NCBI GenBank assembly: GCA_039804105.1 | Contig: JBDRZU010000001.1 | Location: 640,001 to 704,000 of the forward strand | DNA from: a candidate division WOR-3 bacterium | Lineage (GTDB): Bacteria; Hydrothermota; 32-111 | Direction: 5' to 3' | Length of the DNA stretch: 64,000 bases | Part shown: piece after piece, positions 37,795 to 45,992 of the stretch | Position numbering within the stretch: the first letter of the stretch is position 1 | Layout of the letters: each line of letters opens with the position of its first letter | Position numbers and translations under genes: made by a program | The notes under the pieces: generated by a model | What the model was told of the DNA's origin: nothing | Databases searched by the model: none | Seen by the model: the letters and a program-made list of their open reading frames with translations, nothing else

Positions 37795-39255
37795 ATGAAA
37801 AGAAACCTAATGGTATTTTTCATAGTTTTATCAGTTTTTGTTCTAGGGATAATTTCTGCAAAAATAGTTGATATAGTTGAAGCGCAATCAACACTTGGTG
37901 AAGTGAAAACAATTTCTTCAGATTATACAATTTCGGGTTATCCAAATTTCAGAGAATTGGCAAAAAAAGTTATTCCAGCCGTTGTACATATTTCTAGTGA
38001 ATCTGTTGTAAAGGTTTCTCCCTTTTTTCCATTCGATGACCCATTCTTTAGAGAATTTTTCAAAGATTTTCCTCAACTTGAGAATAAAAACAGATCTCTT
38101 GGGACCGGATTTTTAATTTCTGCTGACGGTTATATAGTAACAAACTATCATGTTATAAAAGGTGCGCAAAAAATTTCTATCAAACTCCTCGATGGAAGAG
38201 AGTTCAAAGAAAAGGAAATAGAGGTTGTAGGTAAAGATGACAGAACTGACATAGCACTTTTAAAATTAAAAAATGTAAAAAATATGCCATATTTAAATTT
38301 CGGAGATTCTGATAATATAGAGGTTGGAGATTGGGTAATGGCTGCTGGTAATCCATTCGGTTTTGATGGAACAATAACTGTTGGAGTTATATCAGCAAAA
38401 AACAGAACCAACATAAACCTTTCAGAAGGACCAGTATATCAAGATTTCATTCAAACGGATGCATCCATAAATCCAGGGAACTCAGGGGGGCCACTTGTTG
38501 ATGTATATGGAAATGTCATAGGTGTTAACACCGCAATCGCATCACCATCAGGTGGAAATGTTGGTATAGGTTTTGCAATTCCTTCAAATATGGTTGTTAT
38601 GGTCATAAACCAACTTAAAGATAAAGGTCTTGTTTCAAGGGGTTACCTTGGAATATATCCTCAGGAGTTAACAACTGATCTAAAAAAGAAATTTAAGATG
38701 AAAGATGAAGAGACAGGAATACTTGTATCACAGGTTGAAGAAAATTCCCCAGCATATAAAGCAGGCATAAAAGAGGGAGATATAATTTTAGAATTTGATG
38801 GAAAAAAAGTTGAAAATGTAAGTAAATTCAGAATTCTTGTAGCACAGACTAAAGTTGGAAAAAATGTAAAGATTTTAATTTTAAGGGAAGGGAATAAAAT
38901 CACTCTTGAAGCAAAGATAGGTGAACTTAAAGAAAATGTTGCTCAAAAAGAAGAAGAAAAACAAATCGAAAGTAAATGGCTTGGAATAGTTGTTGATGAT
39001 ATAAAAAGTGAATATAAAGATAAGTTCAATATAACTGTCGACAAAGGTGTTGTGATTACAAATATAGACAACAATTCTCCAGTATTAGAAGCAGGACTAA
39101 GAGTCGGTGATGTTATCGTAAAAATTGAAGATACGAAGATAACCAATATTGCAGATTACAAAAATGCAGAAAAAAAGTATAGTAAAAATGAAGATGTTCT
39201 TTTAACTCTTAAAAGAGGAAATCTTAATATCTGGGTTGTTGTGAAAACAAAATAA
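37795..39255 (+). CDS. degP: DegP/DegQ (Do) periplasmic serine protease with two PDZ domains
   Basis: TNYHV, DIALLK, QTDASINPGNSGGPL, RGYLGI, second PDZ WLGI. Start at ATG 37795 after GGAGG. Confidence 0.92.
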   Translation: MKRNLMVFFIVLSVFVLGIISAKIVDIVEAQSTLGEVKTISSDYTISGYPNFRELAKKVIPAVVHISSESVVKVSPFFPFDDPFFREFFKDFPQLENKNRSLGTGFLISADGYIVTNYHVIKGAQKISIKLLDGREFKEKEIEVVGKDDRTDIALLKLKNVKNMPYLNFGDSDNIEVGDWVMAAGNPFGFDGTITVGVISAKNRTNINLSEGPVYQDFIQTDASINPGNSGGPLVDVYGNVIGVNTAIASPSGGNVGIGFAIPSNMVVMVINQLKDKGLVSRGYLGIYPQELTTDLKKKFKMKDEETGILVSQVEENSPAYKAGIKEGDIILEFDGKKVENVSKFRILVAQTKVGKNVKILILREGNKITLEAKIGELKENVAQKEEEKQIESKWLGIVVDDIKSEYKDKFNITVDKGVVITNIDNNSPVLEAGLRVGDVIVKIEDTKITNIADYKNAEKKYSKNEDVLLTLKRGNLNIWVVVKTK

Positions 39256-39273
39256 AACTCAAGGAAGGTAAAG

Positions 39274-40107
39274 ATAAAAGAGATAAACGATGTTTCACTT
39301 GAGATGTATCTTAAAGAGATAAAGAAATATCCTTTACTCTCTGAAAGGGAAGAAAAAGAACTTGCAAAAAAAATAAGAGAAGGAGACAAAAAAGCACTTG
39401 AAAAGTTGATTTTGGGAAACCTTCGTTTTGTGGTTAATGTTGCGAAAGAGTATCAAGGCAAAGGACTAACACTAGCTGAACTCATCAATGAAGGAAATTA
39501 TGGTTTAATAAAAGCAGCTCAAAAATTTGATGAAACAAAAAATGTTAAATTTATATCCTATGCTGTATGGTGGATAAGACAATCGATTATGAAAGCAATT
39601 CTTGAAAATAACAGTAATATAAGAATTCCTTTATCCCAGATAACAAAAATAAACGCAGTTAATAGAGCACAACAGGAAATACTCGACCAAGAAAACAGGG
39701 CCCCAACCTTCAAAGAGATAGCAGATAAAATTGGGATCTCTGAAAATGAAGTTAAAAATATTCTGAATCTCAACAAAGTCGAACTATCACTTTCAGATCC
39801 AATAGGAGATGATGAAAACCTATATCTTGGTGACACGATAATAGAAGAAAATGAGTTATCACCAGAAGAAACATTACTGAGAAAAAGATACAAAGAAACT
39901 TTAAAAAATCAACTCGAAAAACTTTCGGAAAGGGAAGCCTTGGTATTGAAAAAATATTTTGGACTTGAGGATTATAGGCCGCATACACTTGAAGAAATAG
40001 GAAAGGAATTGAATATTTCAAGAGAAAGAGTCAGGCAGATCAAAGATAGAGCGATAAACAAATTAAAAGAGATGACCAAAAATGTTCTGGAGCCATACGA
40101 TGGATAA
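39274..40107 (+). CDS. RpoD/SigA-family sigma70 factor lacking region 1.1 (probable ATA start at 39274; first ATG is 39304)
   Basis: Region 1.2 SLEMYLKEI, 2.1 NLRFVVNVAK, 2.3-2.4 KFISYAVWWIRQSI, 4.2 TLEEIGKELNISRERVRQI. Confidence 0.9.
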   Translation: MKEINDVSLEMYLKEIKKYPLLSEREEKELAKKIREGDKKALEKLILGNLRFVVNVAKEYQGKGLTLAELINEGNYGLIKAAQKFDETKNVKFISYAVWWIRQSIMKAILENNSNIRIPLSQITKINAVNRAQQEILDQENRAPTFKEIADKIGISENEVKNILNLNKVELSLSDPIGDDENLYLGDTIIEENELSPEETLLRKRYKETLKNQLEKLSEREALVLKKYFGLEDYRPHTLEEIGKELNISRERVRQIKDRAINKLKEMTKNVLEPYDG

Positions 40108-40981
40108 ATTTTTCAGAAAAAGAAAGATCAACATCTCAATAATACCCAGTGACTCTTCAGAGACAAAAGGTTTTAAAATGCTATTCATCATATTACCTGT
40201 GTTTTTGATACTTCTAATATCTATAACAATCTTCTTAACTTTTTCAACTGTTCAAAATTTAAGAAATATAAATAAATACTCATCAGTTAGAAAAACAAAA
40301 GAAGAAATTAAACTTTTATCAAAGAAAGATCAAGAGATTAAAAAAAGTATAGTTCAAATAGAAAAAGAAATCGTAGATCTAAAAAAAGAGATTAAGGAGT
40401 TGGAACCATTATTTGATTTTTTCTCAGGTCACATAGGTTCACAAAAAGTAAATACCGAATTACCATCAAATATTGATACTTTACTTTTCATAACAGAATA
40501 TCTAAATGGATTATCTGATACTATAATCACATTTTTGAAAAATAATAATGAAAGAACTCCTTCAATAGTTCCAATTAATGGATGGGTTTTAAGAAAATAT
40601 GGAAAGGTAAAAGATCCTTTTACAGAAACTGAAAAATTTTCAAATGGGATACTTTTTGTCTCCGAACTCAACAGTGATGTTTTTTCTTCGATATCGGGAA
40701 GGGTCTTATTTGCAGGTATTAAAAACTCAAAAAATGGTAATGTTGTAATAATAGACAATGGACTCTTTACAGTTGAATATTCACATCTTTCCTTTATAAC
40801 TGTTAAAACTGGGGATCATGTGAAAAAGGGACAGAAGATTGGAACAGCTGGTAAGAGTGGAAAAACTTTAACATCATCCGTTTTTTATAAAATCATAAGG
40901 GGTACAGAATTGATTGATCCTGAACTATCATTTTTAATACCAACATTTTTTCTTTATGATACTCTTAATACGAATTTATAA
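40100..40981 (+). CDS. M23/LytM-domain membrane protein with coiled coil; zinc ligands degenerate
   Basis: TM, coiled coil, PSIVPING, DPFT, GNVVII, YSHL, V.KGQ.IG..G.SG. ATG 40100 after GGAG. Confidence 0.78.
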   Translation: MDKFFRKRKINISIIPSDSSETKGFKMLFIILPVFLILLISITIFLTFSTVQNLRNINKYSSVRKTKEEIKLLSKKDQEIKKSIVQIEKEIVDLKKEIKELEPLFDFFSGHIGSQKVNTELPSNIDTLLFITEYLNGLSDTIITFLKNNNERTPSIVPINGWVLRKYGKVKDPFTETEKFSNGILFVSELNSDVFSSISGRVLFAGIKNSKNGNVVIIDNGLFTVEYSHLSFITVKTGDHVKKGQKIGTAGKSGKTLTSSVFYKIIRGTELIDPELSFLIPTFFLYDTLNTNL

Positions 40982-42630
40982 AAATAGTATGTTCTTAAAA
41001 CTCTTTTCACATAATTCTTCGTTTCTATAAACGGTACTCCATCTATAAAAAGTTCCCAATCAGCATATTTTCTCTTCCACTTTTTTACATTTCCAACACC
41101 CGCATTGTAAGCCATTATAGCTTCTGATGGAGAATCCGGAAAACGATTTAGATAATCTTTTAAATGTTTTGCTCCAACTCTTATATTCTTTTCTAGATTG
41201 AAATAGTCCCTATCTTTATAGTAGGAATCATATACAAAATCCATCAACTGCATTATGCCCTTTGCATTCGAAGTCGATAAAGCATTTGTATTGAAATTGG
41301 ATTCTTCTCTTGCGATTGAAAGTAGAAGTGATAAATCAACATTTTCTTCACTTGAGATTTTTTTAAAGGTTGCAAGATAGGGTGTTGGAAATAAATAATT
41401 TATATATTTTCTGTAATCATTGCCATCCTTTATCCTTTTTTCTGAATAGTATGTTGAAAAATTATAAAACTCAAATTTATTTAGAAGATATATAATATAA
41501 TCTTTGTCTGAATTTTCATTTCTGTATTTTGAAATGAGAAAATCTTTAAAATTTTCTCTAAACCCATTACCTTCAAAAATATTATACAATTTTAAAATTA
41601 AACTGTCACATTGAAATTCCTCTTCTTTTATCTCAAGCCTCTTTTTCAAATGTATAAAAGCTCTAACAGAATAGAGTGTGAGAGGGAAATCAAGAGCAAC
41701 CAAATTCAACAAAGAATCACCTTTTTTTTTATCCCCAATCATGTAAAAATATTTTGCCTGATGGTATAAAAAGTTTTTATCATTACCTTTGTAGTTTTTC
41801 ATTATCGAATCATAGAAGTTCAAATCATTTTCATTTCTTGCATTTGAAACGATCCTAAGCAAAGCTTCATCATCATTTATCTTATAATAAATTAAAGCGG
41901 CTTTCTTATAATCTTTCTGATTCTCATAATATTTCCCAAGAAAATATACAAGATTTCCTTTTAACTTATCTTCTTCAACGAATCTGACATATTCAGATTT
42001 AATTTTTTTATCTTCAACTTTGGAGAAAATATCTGTATAAATGTTAATGTAATTTTTGATTTTTAAAGTATCATTTTCTTTTAAACTCAATAAAAATAGA
42101 ATCCAATCTGAACTGTTTTTTCTATCGATAAGTTTATCAAAATTTTTGTTAGAAAAGTTTTTTAAAAAAATAAAAACTGAATCATCATGATCAAAGATTT
42201 TTGGATTGGTTTTAAAAAAATTTATTGAATTTGAATCTTGAGGGAATTCTCTGACAAAATTAATCAAAAATCCCTTATCATGAAAAGATCTTTTAAGCAT
42301 TGTTGTATAATTTTTTATTTCTAAGCCATTTTTTGCAAAAAAATCTAACCTATTCGTATCAGTTTCATTTTTTAAAAGTTGATTCAAAACTTTTTCTTTC
42401 CTGTTATATTTTAATTTAATAATTTTATCAAGTTCATTTTTTTTAAGATAATCCATTATCAAAATCTTATATAAAATATCCTGTAAATCTTTATCTTGCA
42501 GTGAATCTATAAATTCAGTTTCATTTTCCGAAAAAAATTTTTCAACCCATAAAACATCTTTTCTTTCAACAAGGATGTTCGAAAAAATTAAAATTGGGAA
42601 AAGAAAAATCAGAACAAAGCAATTTTTCAT
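40954..42630 (-). CDS. slt: Soluble lytic transglycosylase (Slt70-like)
   Basis: Signal peptide, helical repeats, REESNFN, GIMQLM, AYNAG, ETKNYV. Confidence 0.85.
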   Translation of the reverse strand: MKNCFVLIFLFPILIFSNILVERKDVLWVEKFFSENETEFIDSLQDKDLQDILYKILIMDYLKKNELDKIIKLKYNRKEKVLNQLLKNETDTNRLDFFAKNGLEIKNYTTMLKRSFHDKGFLINFVREFPQDSNSINFFKTNPKIFDHDDSVFIFLKNFSNKNFDKLIDRKNSSDWILFLLSLKENDTLKIKNYINIYTDIFSKVEDKKIKSEYVRFVEEDKLKGNLVYFLGKYYENQKDYKKAALIYYKINDDEALLRIVSNARNENDLNFYDSIMKNYKGNDKNFLYHQAKYFYMIGDKKKGDSLLNLVALDFPLTLYSVRAFIHLKKRLEIKEEEFQCDSLILKLYNIFEGNGFRENFKDFLISKYRNENSDKDYIIYLLNKFEFYNFSTYYSEKRIKDGNDYRKYINYLFPTPYLATFKKISSEENVDLSLLLSIAREESNFNTNALSTSNAKGIMQLMDFVYDSYYKDRDYFNLEKNIRVGAKHLKDYLNRFPDSPSEAIMAYNAGVGNVKKWKRKYADWELFIDGVPFIETKNYVKRVLRTYYFYKFVLRVS

Positions 42631-43430
42631 AAAAGATTATAACCAATAAATATGGGTGTAACCTTTCCTTCAAGAAAAACTTTTGAATAGTTCTCATCAA
42701 AATAGATTGTCAAGAATTCTCCAGATCTTGCAAGAATTTTTACAGGTGAAGAGATATTGTATCTTAAAGACATTATTATCGCTGATGCAACAGAACCTGT
42801 TCCACATGAAAGAGTTTCATCCTCGACTCCCCTTTCATAGGTTCGTATTTTTATAAATTTTTTTTCTCTTTTGACGAAGTTGACATTTGTTCCCTCTTTT
42901 TTGAAAACCTTTGAAAATCTTATCTCTCTTCCAATATTTCTTACATCTATACTTTCTATATCATCAACCTCGATAACAAAATGAGGAACTCCTGTATTGA
43001 TAAACGATCCAGTAAAAATACCATAACGTGTTTCAACCTTTATGTTCTGTTTTAGAGAGTGTGGAGGAGACAATTCTAACTTTACTATGTTGCCTTTCTT
43101 TATTTGGGCTTGATGCACACCATTTTTTGAACAGAAAAGAACTTTTCTTTTTTTAATTATCCTCATCAGATAAGCAAATAGTACTATCGATCTCCCACCA
43201 TTTCCACACATCTCAGCTTCTTTGCCATCATTGTTGAAATAAACCATTTTAAAGTCACAATTTTTAATTCCCTTTTCAAGTAGTATCAAACCATCAGCAC
43301 CTATACCTGTCTTTGGTGAACACAATTTTTTTATGTAAAAAGGGGATGGTCTTTTCTGACCATCCCTATTATCGACAATTATAAAATCGTTTCCACTTCC
43401 GGAAACTTTCATAAAAAAATCAACTTTCAT
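42627..43430 (-). CDS. dapF: Diaminopimelate epimerase
   Basis: GSGNDF, GIGADG, EMCGNG, NTGVPH, TNVNF, RTYERGVEDETLSCGTG. Confidence 0.95.
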   Translation of the reverse strand: MKVDFFMKVSGSGNDFIIVDNRDGQKRPSPFYIKKLCSPKTGIGADGLILLEKGIKNCDFKMVYFNNDGKEAEMCGNGGRSIVLFAYLMRIIKKRKVLFCSKNGVHQAQIKKGNIVKLELSPPHSLKQNIKVETRYGIFTGSFINTGVPHFVIEVDDIESIDVRNIGREIRFSKVFKKEGTNVNFVKREKKFIKIRTYERGVEDETLSCGTGSVASAIIMSLRYNISSPVKILARSGEFLTIYFDENYSKVFLEGKVTPIFIGYNLL

Positions 43431-43800
43431 AAAACGCGACAGCTTCCATTTCGATAGGACTATTTTTTGGAAGATTAGAGACCTCAACTACCGCTCGTGC
43501 AGGTAGATGATCTTTAAAATATTTTTCGTAAACAGAGTTGATTCTTGAAAAATCTAATATATTTTTGATGTAGATGTTGACTTTTACAAGATTATCAAAA
43601 GAGAGTTTTTCACCTTCAAGAATTATTTTAATGTTTTCAAGTGTTCTTTCAGTTAAAGTCTCTATATCTCCCTCAACAATGTTTCCCGTTAAAGGATCGA
43701 TTGGGAGTGTGCCGGATATAAACAAAAAATCACCGGCTCTTATTGCCTGACTGTATGGACCTACAGGTTTTGGTGCTTTTTCATTAAAAATTTTCTTCAT
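43420..43800 (-). CDS. ridA: RidA/YjgF enamine-imine deaminase
   Basis: PVGPYSQA, PARAVVEV..LPK, IEMEAVA. Confidence 0.92.
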   Translation of the reverse strand: MKKIFNEKAPKPVGPYSQAIRAGDFLFISGTLPIDPLTGNIVEGDIETLTERTLENIKIILEGEKLSFDNLVKVNIYIKNILDFSRINSVYEKYFKDHLPARAVVEVSNLPKNSPIEMEAVAFYES

Positions 43801-44726
43801 TCGTTAACTCCAAGAAGTTTTAACATAACCGCTTTCTGTGCATGTAATCTGTTTTCCGCTTCATCGAAAACAACCGAGTTTGGAGAATCGATAACATCAT
43901 CTGTCACTTCTTCACCCCTATGTGCTGGTAGACAATGCATAAATATCGCATCGCTTTTTGCATTTTTAAACAGTTTCATATTAACCTGATAATCTTTGAA
44001 CGCTTTTGCTCTTTCTTCTTTCTCTGCCTCTTCTCCCATCGATGCCCAGACATCTGTGTAAACAACATCAGCATCTTTTACAGCTTCAACAGGGTCATAA
44101 GTTATAATAACTTTTGAATTATTCTTTTTCGCCATCTCCTTTGCTTTTTCAACATACTCATTACCCGGTTCATATCCTTTTGCACAGGCCATATAAAAAT
44201 CAGCACCAAGCATCGATGATATGAGCATCAAAGAATGACTCATGTTGTTACCTGCTCCAACAAAGGTAAATTTGATTCCACTTGTTTTACCTTTATGTTC
44301 TTCTATGGTCAAATAATCAGCAAGCACTTGACATGGGTGTTCTTTATCGGATAGCCCATTTATAACAGGGATCTTAGCATATTTTGCTAGATCTTCAACA
44401 GATTTGTGTGAAAAAACTCTTGCCATAATTATGTCAACCATTCTATCAAGATTCCTTGCTATGTCTGGGACACTTTCCCTTGAACCAAGTGATATATCCT
44501 TTGGGCCAAGATATATCGCATGTCCACCAAGTTGTGTGAAACCTGTTTCGAAACTAACTCTTGTTCTTAAAGATGGTTTTTCAAAAATCATAGCAAGTGT
44601 CATCTGGTTAAAACAGTTACGATATTTTTTCTCTTTTACTTCTTTTTTAACTTTTTTTGCGAGTTTGAAAATTTCTAAAATTTCTTCTTTTGTTAAATCA
44701 AGAATCGAGATAAGATCTTTTTTCAT
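43797..44726 (-). CDS. argF: Ornithine carbamoyltransferase
   Basis: KPSLRTR, HPCQ, DVWASMG, HCLP, AENRLH; ATG 44726 after GGAGG. Confidence 0.92.
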   Translation of the reverse strand: MKKDLISILDLTKEEILEIFKLAKKVKKEVKEKKYRNCFNQMTLAMIFEKPSLRTRVSFETGFTQLGGHAIYLGPKDISLGSRESVPDIARNLDRMVDIIMARVFSHKSVEDLAKYAKIPVINGLSDKEHPCQVLADYLTIEEHKGKTSGIKFTFVGAGNNMSHSLMLISSMLGADFYMACAKGYEPGNEYVEKAKEMAKKNNSKVIITYDPVEAVKDADVVYTDVWASMGEEAEKEERAKAFKDYQVNMKLFKNAKSDAIFMHCLPAHRGEEVTDDVIDSPNSVVFDEAENRLHAQKAVMLKLLGVNE

Positions 44727-44739
44727 TTTACCTCCATTT

Positions 44740-45216
44740 TTATTCAAAAATTTTTGCTTGAAATTCTTCAACCAATTTTGAAGTTAATTCCGTATGTTTT
44801 TTTGAAATGTTTTCAATTAATTTTTTTAACCTTTCAAAATCTATATCATCAATCGATTTTATTGAAAAAAGAATAGAAAAATTTTTTTCAACTCCAATTG
44901 AAAGATCTATCAACGTCAAATTCTCTTCAAGTAATTTTCTATAGTATGGAAGAATATTGTTTTTTGGAAGATATGTCAAGGGTGAAATCAATTTTACAAA
45001 AAATTTACCATCCTCTTTGATGAGATAAAGATAAATAGGTGTTATTCCGATCTTAAAAAACCAGCCAAACATATTTTTATCAGATAGTTCAAGTTTCGCA
45101 TCCTCATGCGTTGTTCCAACGGTTGTTAAAATTTCTTCAATTATTTTTAAGATATCTTCAATTTCATCATTTTTTTCAGTTCCAAAAATTTTTTTCACTA
45201 TATGTAATATATCCAT
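44740..45216 (-). CDS. YbjN/CesT (type III chaperone-fold)-like protein
   Basis: W.F.IG..PIY, SPLTYLP, YYRKLLEEN, C-terminal amphipathic helix ending LVEEF; coupled to the upstream protease gene. Confidence 0.55.
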   Translation of the reverse strand: MDILHIVKKIFGTEKNDEIEDILKIIEEILTTVGTTHEDAKLELSDKNMFGWFFKIGITPIYLYLIKEDGKFFVKLISPLTYLPKNNILPYYRKLLEENLTLIDLSIGVEKNFSILFSIKSIDDIDFERLKKLIENISKKHTELTSKLVEEFQAKIFE

Positions 45217-45218
45217 AG

Positions 45219-45992
45219 TCACTCCAGATCAAGGTTATGTCCACATTTTTTACACCATTTATTTTCTGGTGGATTCTTTTCACCGCATTCAGAACATTTT
45301 TTGTATTTGGTTTTTCCTTTCTCAGAACTTTCAACAAGTTTTGCTCCACAATTTTCACACCATAAGGAGTTTGTTGTGTTTCTATATCCACAAACATTGC
45401 AGTAAACACTATCAGGAGTCAGTTTATATTTTTTTATTGTTAAATTTATTAAAGGTAAAATATCAACTATTGGTATAGCAAATCCAATCCCGGATGCATC
45501 AGCTATTTTTAGTGTATTGATCCCTATCACTCTTCCCTTCTTATCAATAAGTGGTCCCCCTGAATTTCCAGGGTTAATTGGAACATCTGTTTGTATATAT
45601 TTTATACCACCGATTTCTCTATTAAGTGCAGAGATGATACCTTTTGTGACAGTATTTTCAAAACCCAAAGGATTACCGTAAGCGATAACTTCATCTCCGA
45701 CCTTATAATCTTTTTGTTTAGCGACCGTAGCTGTTTGAAAATTTTTGTTCGATATTATTTTTATAAAAGCGATATCCATGTCAAAATTTGATTCTATAAC
45801 TTTTGCCTTAAAAATCGAATTATCAAACATCTGTATTTCGCAATCTGTACTATCTTCAACTACATGAGCGTTTGTGATAACTATTCCTGTTTTATCAGCT
45901 ATAAAACCTGTTCCAATGTTCTTATCAGTTTTTACAACAACTATACTGTCTTTTAATTTTTCAATTATTTTAGATATAGAAAAGTTTTTCAT
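45219..45992 (-). CDS. Cytoplasmic S1C trypsin-like serine protease with C-terminal zinc ribbons
   Basis: TNAHVV, DIA, GNSGGP triad; no signal peptide or PDZ; four CxxCG units. Confidence 0.88.
   Translation of the reverse strand: MKNFSISKIIEKLKDSIVVVKTDKNIGTGFIADKTGIVITNAHVVEDSTDCEIQMFDNSIFKAKVIESNFDMDIAFIKIISNKNFQTATVAKQKDYKVGDEVIAYGNPLGFENTVTKGIISALNREIGGIKYIQTDVPINPGNSGGPLIDKKGRVIGINTLKIADASGIGFAIPIVDILPLINLTIKKYKLTPDSVYCNVCGYRNTTNSLWCENCGAKLVESSEKGKTKYKKCSECGEKNPPENKWCKKCGHNLDLE

Noticed and set aside
37795..40107. degP-sigma read-through fusion (same frame, single TAA at 39253)
   Set aside because: DegP is exported and sigma is cytoplasmic; TAA is a strong stop and an SD follows it; the shared frame has a 1-in-3 chance.
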